Shown: positions 43,858 to 54,142 of the stretch, in pieces | How the letters are laid out: each line of letters starts with the position of its first letter | Position numbering within the stretch: the stretch's first letter is position 1 | Virus record (IMG/VR): IMGVR_UViG_3300032236_001024 | Coordinates: 138,142 to 202,141 of that record | DNA from: a virus | Lineage: Duplodnaviria; Caudoviricetes | Direction: 5' to 3' (one strand) | Length of the DNA stretch: 64,000 nucleotides | Translations under genes and position numbers: made by a program | Notes under the pieces: generated by a model | Told to the model about the DNA's origin: nothing | The model's input: the letters and a program-made list of their open reading frames with translations, nothing else | Database searches by the model: none

Positions 43858-44090
43858 TCTTCAAACTCCAGATTAAAGTGTTTAGCAATCATTTCTGATG
43901 GGAGGAATGTATCATATTCCTCAGTAAGTGCCAAGTCAGAAACTTCCACACATTCCTGAATGATCAATTCAGCAAAATCTCGAAGGATATCGTTGATTGA
44001 ACCAAACATATCGCCAACATAGGCTTTGTCTCCTTCAATCATGAATCCAGCTTCGTTTGCAATTTCCAACAGTCGATCCATTTTCATCAC
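43854..44090 (-). CDS. small hypothetical early protein
   Basis: 78-aa ORF, FAELIIQEC. Confidence 0.6.
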   Translation of the reverse strand: MMKMDRLLEIANEAGFMIEGDKAYVGDMFGSINDILRDFAELIIQECVEVSDLALTEEYDTFLPSEMIAKHFNLEFEE

Positions 44091-44355
44091 GCAGCCACCT
44101 TATCACGAAAGTTAACACGGAACTTCATCATCTTCAAGTTATCCTCAGTGCCGCAAATCTCAACACGCTTGTAGGCATACATGTCCATATACTGAATCAT
44201 GATCCAAGGAACGATGGTTCCAGCAGCGTTGAGACCCAGACGCATATCGACAACCTCACCACGCATCAGACCAGCTGAACTGGTATAGCGAACACGATCA
44301 CCAAGCTTCACGCCACCAACCTTGTCCACATTGTAGGAATTCGTATCCATGACCA
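44087..44355 (-). CDS. small hypothetical early protein (approximate; start moved to after the conserved leader)
   Basis: Leader ATCATCAACTGATGGAGA precedes MVMDTNSY. Confidence 0.55.
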
Positions 44356-44373
44356 TCTCCATCAGTTGATGAT
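44356..44373 (-). repeat. conserved early leader, copy 1
   Basis: ATCATCAACTGATGGAGA downstream of a TTGACA promoter. Confidence 0.7.
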
Positions 44374-45199
44374 TGATATTAGCATACCCACAAACGGTGT
44401 CAACTGTTTTTTTATTCAGGCGCATCCGTAGGAGGTGATGTGCGTATGTCTGTTAGACCATTTTCAGCACATTCGTCTGGATATTTTGCCCACATTTCGC
44501 CAAAAAGCACCATGCGGACTGCATCTGCACCATGAATGTCAATCACATCAGAATACAACACAACCGCATTGTAATACTGATCGAATGACCAAAAATCTCT
44601 TACGTTAACATTTTGTTCTACAATTTCTTCGTCCATTAGTCAACCCCTATCTTGGAAGAGAAACGAAATTATCTTCGCATTCTCTAGGGTATTTAGCCCA
44701 CATTTCCGTCAGCATGGTCTGGACAGCATAATCCACTCCCGGCACATCTGAGATTTCAGCAAGGAAGATGATCTCTTCCATATATTCAGAGAACTTCCAA
44801 TCACTGCGCTTCATGACAATTTATCCTGTTCAATAGTAATAATTTGAAACCAAATGAACTGAGCCTCACGCTCAAATTGCTGAGTTGTAGCTTCAGAAAA
44901 GTCCAAAACCATGTTCTGGAATACCTTACGAGCAGCAGCTTCATCGCAGTTGAAAAGGTTCATGATTTGCTTGATGTAGATCATTGTTCTCTCCTATATT
45001 AGCGAGGGGCGAAAGGATTGTGGTCCTTGAAGTCGATGGTATACAAGTCCATGCTCTCACGATAGTACTGATCTTCCAGCTTGTCAAGAATTTTCATAGC
45101 TTCATGGTAGTCATTCAACTGAATTTTCTGATCAACACTGTAACGCTTGGTCTTACGATTCATGACCTTGCAGATGATGGTGTAGCGAGACATTTGCTT

Positions 45200-45247
45200 T
45201 CTCCGTTGTTGATGATCATTTATATGATAAAAACAGGGTGGTGTCAA
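45200..45247 (-). promoter_or_regulatory. early promoter + conserved leader, copy 2
   Basis: TTGACA-N17-TATAAA then ATCATCAACAACGGAGA. Confidence 0.7.
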
Positions 45248-45570
45248 GCGGCTTTTTTAGCCGCTTCTTCAGAAAGTTGCTTCCAGTACTTGACGATACG
45301 AGGAGTACCACGAACGTCAGTCCTAAGCCACTGATTTACCTGCCATTCCAGCAGCGTACCATGTTTGATGAAATACTTGGCAGTGATCGAACCTTGACGA
45401 GCATCAGCCTGCGTAAAACCACGATTATTCTGATGCGTAGCAGCATTCACAACCTTTTCGTCCTCAGTCTGGCGACGAAACAGAGCAACACAGGCTCGAC
45501 CAACAATGCGAGTCAGCTTTTCCTGATCAGCGGTTTCGATCATGTTGAGAAGAGAGTTCTTGGTAAGCAT
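45244..45570 (-). CDS. hypothetical early protein (start MLTKNSLL)
   Basis: Follows leader copy 3; QTEDE...HQNNRGFT. Confidence 0.65.
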   Translation of the reverse strand: MLTKNSLLNMIETADQEKLTRIVGRACVALFRRQTEDEKVVNAATHQNNRGFTQADARQGSITAKYFIKHGTLLEWQVNQWLRTDVRGTPRIVKYWKQLSEEAAKKAA

Positions 45571-45575
45571 TGGTA

Positions 45576-45624
45576 TCTCCATCAGTTGATGATCTTTTAT
45601 AGACCATGATGGAATTTGTGTCAA
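45576..45624 (-). promoter_or_regulatory. early promoter + conserved leader, copy 3
   Basis: TTGACA-N17-TATAAA then ATCATCAACTGATGGAGA. Confidence 0.7.
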
Positions 45625-45668
45625 ACAAAAAAATAGCCCCGAAGGGCTATTTTGCAATTATTTTTTTA

Positions 45669-46073
45669 TTAATATTTGTTACCAATTGTGTATTTTGTAA
45701 CAAGATTCCACTTGTCTTTTTCCTTGAAAGGAATGATCTTGATCTGGTTCAATGGTGATTGCAATTCATCCACCTTGTCTGGATCAACAATATCGAGCAA
45801 TTCCCATTCTTCTAAAAGAGTGACAATCCTGTTGCGTCTGGCAACATCACTCTCTGCTAGTGTGGAATCTTTTCCATCAAGCAAAAATAATTCCTTGAAG
45901 TGAACTATGTAGTATTTCCCCTGCTTATGAAGAATGTGGCAGGATTGATATAGAGTATTTTCTTTTTTTGAGGCTAGACCAATACGAGAAAGGGTTTCTT
46001 TAATTTTCAAGAAATCTTCTGGATTCTTTAATCTAACTTCCACCAATTGATTGAGATTGAACATTATTACCAC
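45669..46073 (-). CDS. regA: translational repressor RegA
   Basis: FLKIKETLSRIG, LYQSCHILHKQGKYYIVHFKELF.LDG, KYTIG. Confidence 0.96.
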   Translation of the reverse strand: MVIMFNLNQLVEVRLKNPEDFLKIKETLSRIGLASKKENTLYQSCHILHKQGKYYIVHFKELFLLDGKDSTLAESDVARRNRIVTLLEEWELLDIVDPDKVDELQSPLNQIKIIPFKEKDKWNLVTKYTIGNKY

Positions 46074-46452
46074 CTTTTATTAATTTTCTTATTATCAGGT
46101 CCAATTGCTCATTAGTCAGTACATTACCAATTTCACGAGCCTTTGCATAGTTTACGTTATAATATTCCATGATGGCTTCAATCTTAGGTTCATCCTCTTT
46201 TTTATGCCACTTAGAATACCTTTTGCCTTTTCGTATACTATTTAGGTAATAATCATTTTGAAGTTTGTTATCAACATTGGGATACATGTTAATCTCATTG
46301 GCATACATAACAGTATCTTTATAATAAGAAAAAGCCTTATTAATAACATAAGGCTTGTAGAAAGTTTCAGCAAGATCAGGATTTTCAGAATCCCTAATCA
46401 GGTCTTGTTTGCTATCATTAATTGCTTTGACAAAATCAAACGGATTCATCAT
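46033..46452 (-). CDS. 62: clamp loader small subunit (gp62)
   Basis: PFDFVKAIN, YKPYVINK, synteny between gp44 and regA. Confidence 0.9.
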   Translation of the reverse strand: MMNPFDFVKAINDSKQDLIRDSENPDLAETFYKPYVINKAFSYYKDTVMYANEINMYPNVDNKLQNDYYLNSIRKGKRYSKWHKKEDEPKIEAIMEYYNVNYAKAREIGNVLTNEQLDLIIRKLIKGGNNVQSQSIGGS

Positions 46453-47387
46453 TCAAACTCAATGTCGATCATGATGCGTGTGAATGCAGCAACAAGATTG
46501 ATTTCAGGATCAGCCACAAACGCAGCTTTATATTGATATTCAGCCAAGATCAAAACCAACTCTGGGATAGAGTTAGATTTAACAACATCATTAGACATAT
46601 CATAAAGCTTACGGAATGTGGTGGTAGTATCAGTATCAGAATTCTCTGCTACCCATTTACGCATTTCACCAAAGTTTTTATTCTTTAAATGATTAACCAA
46701 AACTTTGATATTATCGTTTGAGGGGTTAACAAAAATACCAGTATCAATAGAACCATTAACGGAGTATCTTTGGAGTTCGTTGATAACTCTTCGCCAATCA
46801 GGTACGTGCTTAGAAATAAGTTCAGCGACAACAGACTTATCAAAAGTAATTCGCTCAGTATTGAGAACATGTATAATCCTTTTCATAAATTGAGAAGCAA
46901 GCTTTGGAAGATCATCCTTCGTAATCTTAAACTCTATGACTGAACAGCGAGAATGTAGCGGTTCAATGATTCTGTTCTTAAAATTGCAAGTGAGGATGAA
47001 ACCACAATTCTTTGAGAATTCTTCCATAAAATTTCGCAAAGCTGGTTGTGTGCTGTTTGCGTTGAGGTAATCAGCTTCGTCCAAGATGACATACTTTCTG
47101 CTTCCAGTAAAAGACACTGTGGATGCAAAACTGAGGATTTCGTTGCGAAGGGTATCAATATTTCCATTCATACTTCCATTAATTACAATATAATCAGCAT
47201 CAATCTGATCAAGCATAGCACGAGCAACTGTTGTCTTACCAACACCAGCTGAACCAGACAAGATCAAATTAGGGATATCATTTTGAGAAACGAAAGCCCT
47301 GAAGGTCTCTTTAAGACCATCAGGTAAAATGCATTCGTCAATAGTCTTGGGTCGATACTTTTCTACCCAGAGAAATTCATCAAGCAT
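46449..47387 (-). CDS. 44: clamp loader large subunit (gp44)
   Basis: WVEKYRPK, GSAGVGKTT, ILDEAD, SRC. Confidence 0.96.
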   Translation of the reverse strand: MLDEFLWVEKYRPKTIDECILPDGLKETFRAFVSQNDIPNLILSGSAGVGKTTVARAMLDQIDADYIVINGSMNGNIDTLRNEILSFASTVSFTGSRKYVILDEADYLNANSTQPALRNFMEEFSKNCGFILTCNFKNRIIEPLHSRCSVIEFKITKDDLPKLASQFMKRIIHVLNTERITFDKSVVAELISKHVPDWRRVINELQRYSVNGSIDTGIFVNPSNDNIKVLVNHLKNKNFGEMRKWVAENSDTDTTTTFRKLYDMSNDVVKSNSIPELVLILAEYQYKAAFVADPEINLVAAFTRIMIDIEFE

Positions 47388-47399
47388 TTGATTTTCCTA

Positions 47400-48065
47400 T
47401 CAAGAGTTGTACTTGGATTCTGCCTCAGTCATTACGAAATATTGAATATTATCGCCAGTGAATGATGAAATACCTTTTGAGTTAATCTTAATATCATAAC
47501 TCAAAGGAAGCAACTTAACAAGATACTCAACACGGAAAACCATATTAAAAATCTTTTCAGTTGGTCCAACTTCAATGCTAAATGTATCAGATGTTGGATT
47601 CCTAGAATTGATAGCACAAACCTTAATAGTTTTACCATCACCAACAACTGCAATATTAGGAACTTGAAGAACTGCAGCTGCTTTCAATACCTTATGAAAA
47701 TCATAATGATTGATAGAAAACTCAACATCAGCTGGGTCAACAACAATCTTCTTATCTTCTGGAGGCGCAATGATTGATGAAACATCAGCATATGTATAAT
47801 TAACAACCTGATTGCCAGAAGCAATCGTTAGTTGATGATCACCAAAATCAATATCATGATCTTGGAAAAGAGAAAGAACGCCAAGAAACTTTGGCAATTC
47901 ATAGATTGCAAACTGTTGAGGAAAACTCTCCTCAACAACTGCAGTGGCGTAAATAGACCTTTGAGTACCAACAGTCTTAAGAACATTTCCCGGTCGCACC
48001 AAAATAGAACCATTGATGCTAGAAAAGTTTTTCAAGATATTGATAGTATTTTCACTGATTTTCAT
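47400..48065 (-). CDS. 45: sliding clamp (gp45)
   Basis: LKNFSSIN.SI, FAIYEL..FL, synteny. Confidence 0.92.
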   Translation of the reverse strand: MKISENTINILKNFSSINGSILVRPGNVLKTVGTQRSIYATAVVEESFPQQFAIYELPKFLGVLSLFQDHDIDFGDHQLTIASGNQVVNYTYADVSSIIAPPEDKKIVVDPADVEFSINHYDFHKVLKAAAVLQVPNIAVVGDGKTIKVCAINSRNPTSDTFSIEVGPTEKIFNMVFRVEYLVKLLPLSYDIKINSKGISSFTGDNIQYFVMTEAESKYNS

Positions 48066-48088
48066 AATATAGTATTCCTTTTCACGAG

Positions 48089-49054
48089 TTAGATAGGCTT
48101 GAACTTCTTCAACATTTCAGGACTTGCGATTGTATCTATTGGTATAGCCTTTGGAACTGTCGGAACTGGTGCTGCAACTTTTGGAACAGCAGCGCCGGGT
48201 TTAAACTTATTCAAAAGGTCTGCATCAGCAGTAGCAGAAGCGCCAATAGATGCAAGTGCGGGAAGCTTACCAGAAAATACATATGTACCAGCATGTTGCA
48301 AGTGCATCCATGGGCACAACCAAACCTTCATTCCCATCTGACGAACATTCTGACAGAACATATAATCTTCTGAAAGATAACGACGAGTCTTAGGGTCAAT
48401 GATACAATCAAAGTAAGCATGGATTTCACGAGAACCATCAAACTCTGCAGTGCGAACATGGTCTGGCTTATAAGAGTACTGAGGATAATGCTGCCTGTAC
48501 TTGTCGAATGTAGGACGACGAATCATCATAAATCCAGTACCAGTCTCTAACACTTCTGCAGGTTCGTCAAGTCGAATTGTCTTGCTCGTCACACCATCTT
48601 CCATTGCTGGATTGAAAACAAAGTCACCAACAAAATCTTCAAGAGCATTAGGATTCTTATCTGCAGCACCAGCATTAACTGCCTGCAAAATCTTTTCCCA
48701 TGTAATACACTTCTTAGGATAAGGTCCAGCAATAACATCATAAGGCGAATCCTCATCCTGTAATGCCATCAATGCAATAACATCTTTTGGATCAAATCCA
48801 ATATCAGAGTCGATGAACAAAAGATGATGAGCATCTGAACGCAAGAATTCATCAACACAATAGTTTCTTGCACGAGTGATTAATGACTCATTAAAAAGAA
48901 AATAAGAACGGATTTCAATTCCATACCTTACACACATAGCAGTCAAATCACACATAGACCTAGTGTAAATACCACCAGCAACACCACCATACATTGGTGT
49001 TGCTACAAATAGCTTTCTATTTCTTAGCTTTTCAATATCAATTTTAATTTCCAT
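48089..49054 (-). CDS. GT-A-like protein
   Basis: LFVATPMYGG, ESLITRARN, FIDSDI, YLSEDYMFC. Confidence 0.65.
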   Translation of the reverse strand: MEIKIDIEKLRNRKLFVATPMYGGVAGGIYTRSMCDLTAMCVRYGIEIRSYFLFNESLITRARNYCVDEFLRSDAHHLLFIDSDIGFDPKDVIALMALQDEDSPYDVIAGPYPKKCITWEKILQAVNAGAADKNPNALEDFVGDFVFNPAMEDGVTSKTIRLDEPAEVLETGTGFMMIRRPTFDKYRQHYPQYSYKPDHVRTAEFDGSREIHAYFDCIIDPKTRRYLSEDYMFCQNVRQMGMKVWLCPWMHLQHAGTYVFSGKLPALASIGASATADADLLNKFKPGAAVPKVAAPVPTVPKAIPIDTIASPEMLKKFKPI

Positions 49055-49056
49055 TA

Positions 49057-49446
49057 TTATTTTCCTCTATAATGATCAACATAAAGACACATCATAACAT
49101 AATGTAATGCCTTCATCAAGTCTGCTTTGTTGTTTCCGTTCTTTTTTCCATATCGCCAGAGATACTTGAGTGCTGTATTCCTGAAAGTGTCTGTGGAGTT
49201 ACCAAGTGCAATCCACGCATCAAAGCATTCGATTGACTCTTCATCTGTCTTGTAATGCTGAGAATAGGTTGCGTCGATGTAATCTTTGAAATCCGCAATG
49301 ATATCTCCTTCTGCATACTTATAATAAAAATTATTCCCATGTCTTTCTGGGATATACTTATTTTCAAAAGTGAACGTCACTTCTGGTTCAGGCATATTCT
49401 CATACGCTTCTTCTACTTGCTTATATGCAATATCTTTCTTCACCAT
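49057..49446 (-). CDS. DUF3310-like hypothetical protein
   Basis: ALKYLWRYGKK...DLMKALHY. Confidence 0.65.
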   Translation of the reverse strand: MVKKDIAYKQVEEAYENMPEPEVTFTFENKYIPERHGNNFYYKYAEGDIIADFKDYIDATYSQHYKTDEESIECFDAWIALGNSTDTFRNTALKYLWRYGKKNGNNKADLMKALHYVMMCLYVDHYRGK

Positions 49447-49459
49447 AATATAAATCCTT

Positions 49460-49843
49460 TCACAAAGTAATACAGTCTCTTAGAATTCTTTCAACATCAG
49501 GTGGTTCCCAACCTTCTGGCTTTTGAACCTTACCATCTGCACGGCGAATAACCTTACCATCAACAAGCTTCGCCATGTTAGAAGCATGTACTTCTTCAAA
49601 AACATCATCAAGAGGAATGCCATAAGAAACAGCAGTTCCACAAATAATATAAATCATATCAGCAAGAGCATCAGCAACTTCTACAAGATCATTATTAAGT
49701 TCTGCTACAACATATTCTGTATACTCTTCTGCAAGAAGCTTCTTACGAAGTTCACGTTCTTCTTTAGAAGGAAATTCTGGCTTCTCACCAACACGTTGCT
49801 CAAAAGCTCGTTGAAAAGCTCGCACATCTGTAAACATACTCAT
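49460..49843 (-). CDS. MazG-like/PRA-PH nucleotide pyrophosphohydrolase
   Basis: EEYTE, EVADALADMIY, VHASNMAK, GKVQKPEGW. Confidence 0.85.
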   Translation of the reverse strand: MSMFTDVRAFQRAFEQRVGEKPEFPSKEERELRKKLLAEEYTEYVVAELNNDLVEVADALADMIYIICGTAVSYGIPLDDVFEEVHASNMAKLVDGKVIRRADGKVQKPEGWEPPDVERILRDCITL

Positions 49844-50118
49844 TACTTGACTCCTTTTGACATATCTTCGAATTTAGCACCTTCTGTGAGAAGGCGATTA
49901 ACTTCATCAGATATCATCTTTTCAACTTGTGGGGTGATTTCCGATTCTTTCAGCTTATACGCTGTTGTCTTGTCATTGTCAATCTTATATATATCCGCTA
50001 AGATATAAAGTCTACCACTTTCCTCATCTTCTTTAATAAATTCATCATCTGGGAAAGTTACGAAATAATCACCAAGTCTAAATCCCGGTCTCTTATCTTT
50101 GCTTATTTCTTTTACCAT
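49843..50118 (-). CDS. hypothetical protein
   Basis: 91-aa coupled ORF. Confidence 0.6.
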   Translation of the reverse strand: MVKEISKDKRPGFRLGDYFVTFPDDEFIKEDEESGRLYILADIYKIDNDKTTAYKLKESEITPQVEKMISDEVNRLLTEGAKFEDMSKGVK

Positions 50119-50599
50119 TTAATTTCTCCATTTTCTTGAACGCTTGTTCTCTATGAATACGATTTGCTCTTTTATGAAATAAAATACCATTCAAATGATC
50201 CAACTCGTGTTGAAAAACTCTGGCAGTCAAACCATCAAATACTTTAGTTACAATAGTACCAGATGGTGTCTGAAAACGAACACGAATTTGTTTTGGTCTC
50301 TTTATCTTAATAAGAAGGTTTGGATAAGAAAGACAACCTTCTTCTAAAACAATTTGTTCTTCTTCCATATGAACAATACGAGGATTGAAACAGACAAAAT
50401 TTTCTGGATGACCACGCATCACAAATACACGATGTAACTTACCAATCTGATTGGCAGCAAGACCAATACCATTATTTTCATTCATAATCGTCATGAGTTC
50501 TAATGCAATATCATTAGGATTATCAGGCGAATTTGTGAAATCAAACTCAGGAATAATAGTAGTTAAAAATGGATCATTACCTTTAATAATTTCTGTCAT
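50093..50599 (-). CDS. def: peptide deformylase
   Basis: GIGLAANQ, EGCLS, QHELDH. Confidence 0.93.
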   Translation of the reverse strand: MTEIIKGNDPFLTTIIPEFDFTNSPDNPNDIALELMTIMNENNGIGLAANQIGKLHRVFVMRGHPENFVCFNPRIVHMEEEQIVLEEGCLSYPNLLIKIKRPKQIRVRFQTPSGTIVTKVFDGLTARVFQHELDHLNGILFHKRANRIHREQAFKKMEKLNGKRNKQR

Positions 50600-52308
50600 T
50601 ATGCAATCCTCGAAAAATTCTGACTCTTTTCAAACTTAATCACCTGATTAAATTTATCAAACAACTGATCAGTCTTATGGCTTATGATAAACGTATTTGT
50701 ATCATTTGTCAAGTTCGTCAATATCTTCATGAATTCATTTGTTCCATTAACATCAAGTGAACTATCCATCACTTCATCCATTATAAGAATATTAGTGCTG
50801 GCACTATTACGCATCTTGGCAACCGCTCTCCATGTAAAGAGAATAGCCAAGTTAATACGCATTTTTTCACCTTCAGAGAATGAAGCATAAGAAAATTCAT
50901 CACGAAAGCGAGACTTAATTTTCTCATTGAATGTCTCGTCCAATTCAAACTGAACAAAGAAATCCATAGCAGAAAGATACTTATTGATTAGTTTATTGAT
51001 GACAGGAACATACTGCTTGATGATACGTGCTTTAATACCACTATCTTTCAAGATAAGAGAAGCAACTTGTAAGGAATCCTTAAACCTTGCCAGTTCACTT
51101 TTTTCTTCAATATAACTTTGAAGATCAATCTCAAGCTGCTTCATCTTATCATCAGACACATGTTCATCTGTCTTCTTATTAAGTTCTTCTATCTGCTTAT
51201 TGAGTTTGACAATATATGCTTTATGTCCATTAGCAGTATTGATATGTGCTGCTTGTTTAATCTTTAAATCAGTGATCTTCTTTTTTGTTTCATCAATAGT
51301 GATGATGTGATCGTATACTTTTGTCAATTCAACTTTTAATTGCTCAAGACCATCTTTCGTTTCTTCAATTGAATTATTTTTTTGATGAATAGTATCCGTC
51401 TTAAAACTTTCTTCAATAGATTGTTTGCATGTAGGACAATTATCATGCTTATGATAGAAATCAATCTCTTGTTTGTTCTTGTTTATCTTATCATTCAATT
51501 GACGTTCTAGAATGACTATCTTTTGTTGTTTATTACGAATCTTTGCTTCATCATCAATGTCACTTAAATGACTACCAATTTCATGATTTAATTCATCAAT
51601 CATAAATGTTTCTGATGCAATCAAAGCATTAGTTTCTTCTATCTCTTTCTTAATCTTCTCTATCTGTTCTACGGTATTATCACGCATCTTAGATGCGAGT
51701 AGATTTTCCATTCTGATTTTTTCAGATGTGAGATTGTAATTATACTCTGCTTGTTGAAGAGCCTTAATATTTTCAGTAATATCATCCTTGAGCAGAGAAT
51801 TCATTGTAGAGAAGATTTGAATATCCAAAAGGTCTTCAATAACTTCTCTACGTGCTTGTGCTGCCAACTGCATAAATGGAGTGAAAGATGCAGAGCCTAG
51901 CACAACTACCTGACAGAAAGACTTATGATTCAGTTTAAGAATCTGCGTCTCAAGAATCTCTTGATAGTCTTTCGATTCGGCATTTTGATTTAATAGATTG
52001 TCATTCTGATATACTTCAAACACAGTAGGCTTTATACCACGAATGACTTTATATGAAGCAGAACCAATATTAAACTCAACCTCTACCACAAGTTCTTTTT
52101 TGTTGATAGAGTTGAGCAATTGAGGCTTATTGATTTTACGAAATGGTTTGTTGTATAAGGCAAACGAAAGTGCATCAAGCATTGTTGATTTGCCTGATCC
52201 ATTCTCACCTACAATCAATGTGGTGTTTGACTTATCAAGTTGAATTTCGGAAAAAGCATTCCCAGTGGAGAGAAAGTTTCTCCATTTTAAATTACGAAAT
52301 ATTATCAA
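50599..52308 (-). CDS. 46: recombination nuclease ATPase subunit (gp46)
   Basis: GENGSGKS, coiled coil with CPTC hook, FSEGEK, MDEVMD. Confidence 0.95.
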   Translation of the reverse strand: MIIFRNLKWRNFLSTGNAFSEIQLDKSNTTLIVGENGSGKSTMLDALSFALYNKPFRKINKPQLLNSINKKELVVEVEFNIGSASYKVIRGIKPTVFEVYQNDNLLNQNAESKDYQEILETQILKLNHKSFCQVVVLGSASFTPFMQLAAQARREVIEDLLDIQIFSTMNSLLKDDITENIKALQQAEYNYNLTSEKIRMENLLASKMRDNTVEQIEKIKKEIEETNALIASETFMIDELNHEIGSHLSDIDDEAKIRNKQQKIVILERQLNDKINKNKQEIDFYHKHDNCPTCKQSIEESFKTDTIHQKNNSIEETKDGLEQLKVELTKVYDHIITIDETKKKITDLKIKQAAHINTANGHKAYIVKLNKQIEELNKKTDEHVSDDKMKQLEIDLQSYIEEKSELARFKDSLQVASLILKDSGIKARIIKQYVPVINKLINKYLSAMDFFVQFELDETFNEKIKSRFRDEFSYASFSEGEKMRINLAILFTWRAVAKMRNSASTNILIMDEVMDSSLDVNGTNEFMKILTNLTNDTNTFIISHKTDQLFDKFNQVIKFEKSQNFSRIA

Positions 52309-52315
52309 GGAAACC

Positions 52316-53383
52316 TCACTCTATGGTTTGCGCTTTCGTATAAAGATCAGTGACAATCTTTTCTACTCTATTTTTAACATCTGTATTAGCACTCATGCTA
52401 GTAAGATACTTACGAAGAATGGTCATTGTGTCTTCTGCTTCGTTTATTATATCAGCATCCTCTTCAAGATGCAAATTCAAATGATCTTCGACTACTTGCA
52501 AGTCATAGACACCACGCTTTTCAAGTTGACCAATAAACATATCAAACCTATAAGGATCAATCTTATTTTTAATGATAACTTTGACATGTCTTCCTGCATA
52601 ATAAGAAAGATCATATCCTTCTGGTTCATGACCAGCAGTCACATCATCATAAAAGAATTTCTCAAACATTGTATATGGATTTTCAATGAATTCTAATTCT
52701 CTCGTTTCCGTGTCAAATACGTGGAAACCTTTTTTATCGTTGTAGTCAGCCCAAGTAAATTCACAAGGTGAACCCAAATAGTGGATATTGCTCCGACTAC
52801 TGCGATGGTGATAATGACCACTACACACAGTATCAAACCTATTAAATATATTAGGATCATCACCATCTGATGGAGGAGCGCCAACATACATTGGGAAACC
52901 AGCAAGTTCCAAATGACCGAAAAGAATTGGACTACGTGTTTCATTAATTAACCTCAAAGATAATTCACGGTTCTCATCACAAATCCATGGAGTCATCAAA
53001 ATTGGTGTTCCATCAAAAGTGCATGATACTGGATTATCATAATAAACATTAAATGTAGGATACTGATGCTCTACAAGTTCTTTTAATGAATTGACATTGT
53101 TTGTGTTCTTATAATAAGTATCATGATTGCCAGCAATAATATGAAAGTCAATATTTCTTAAAACAATCTTTTCAAGAAAATCTTCTCTCAATCTTTGAGC
53201 AGTGGCAATATTAATATACTTGCGACGATCAACGAGATCACCCAAATGGACAACACATTTGATATTATATCTATCAATATAAGGAAAAAATATTTCATCA
53301 ATAAAATCCTTCATATTGTTAAGCATAACGGGAGAGTCGTTTTTGACGCCCCAGTGTGTGTCGCTTATTAAACAAATTTTCAT
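52316..53383 (-). CDS. 47: recombination nuclease subunit (gp47)
   Basis: SDTHWG, HLGDLVD, GNHD, GHYH. Confidence 0.95.
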   Translation of the reverse strand: MKICLISDTHWGVKNDSPVMLNNMKDFIDEIFFPYIDRYNIKCVVHLGDLVDRRKYINIATAQRLREDFLEKIVLRNIDFHIIAGNHDTYYKNTNNVNSLKELVEHQYPTFNVYYDNPVSCTFDGTPILMTPWICDENRELSLRLINETRSPILFGHLELAGFPMYVGAPPSDGDDPNIFNRFDTVCSGHYHHRSSRSNIHYLGSPCEFTWADYNDKKGFHVFDTETRELEFIENPYTMFEKFFYDDVTAGHEPEGYDLSYYAGRHVKVIIKNKIDPYRFDMFIGQLEKRGVYDLQVVEDHLNLHLEEDADIINEAEDTMTILRKYLTSMSANTDVKNRVEKIVTDLYTKAQTIE

Positions 53384-53658
53384 CGAATAGAATTCTTTTT
53401 ATTTACAGGGAAATGATAATTCTTTTGAAGATTTGTATTATGCTTATTGATTGCTGAAATAGCATAATCACGAATAGCTTCAAGCCTAAGAAGATAGTTC
53501 ATCTTCTCATTAGGATGAGCGGTAGGTGAATTGATCTTCTCTACAATATCTGTGACACTTGGTGGAACCAAATGCATATTTTCATTATTCATAAAATTTC
53601 TCCACTCCAATTTTTTTATCTTTACGCTTAATAGCTTTCTCTGATTGTTTCTTATCAT
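53380..53658 (-). CDS. small hypothetical protein (true start probably internal, MNNENMHL)
   Basis: ORF between gp55 and gp47. Confidence 0.5.
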   Translation of the reverse strand: MIRNNQRKLLSVKIKKLEWRNFMNNENMHLVPPSVTDIVEKINSPTAHPNEKMNYLLRLEAIRDYAISAINKHNTNLQKNYHFPVNKKNSIR

Positions 53659-54142
53659 AAGACTTTACAAGATTCTGCATATAATCATTATCTAGATTTA
53701 CAGTAACTGTCTTTTCATCACCAATAGATTGTTCAGCCAATATACCTTCAAAGTAGAAATTTTCTAAAGTCTTTTGCTTAATATACAAGTGTTTCTTTTC
53801 TTTGTCAATACGCCTCAAGAAAGCATACCAAATAATCTGCGTAAAATATGCAAATGGATTGGTCGATTTTTCTGGATTAAAATTGTTCAAATAATTAATA
53901 CAATTTTCTAGACCATCAGATATCATTTCATCACGATATGTATAGCTGATAAAGTTTGGCTTTAGAGATAGGCGTGTTGCAATCTTGTAAAGACATTCAC
54001 CAATGTAAGGTGGAATACGTGGATGCTCTTCACCCTTTTCATCTGCCGCAGCACAATCACTTTTGTATTGAATGATAGCTGTATAAAATTTCTTATTATC
54101 AATATAATGAATACTAGGCTTTTTCTCTTTTGTCATTTTCAC
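53585..54142 (-). CDS. 55: late sigma factor (gp55)
   Basis: HYIDNK, YIGECLYKIA..LS.KPNF..YTYRDEMISDG.ENC, NPFAYFTQI. Confidence 0.96.
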   Translation of the reverse strand: MKMTKEKKPSIHYIDNKKFYTAIIQYKSDCAAADEKGEEHPRIPPYIGECLYKIATRLSLKPNFISYTYRDEMISDGLENCINYLNNFNPEKSTNPFAYFTQIIWYAFLRRIDKEKKHLYIKQKTLENFYFEGILAEQSIGDEKTVTVNLDNDYMQNLVKSYDKKQSEKAIKRKDKKIGVEKFYE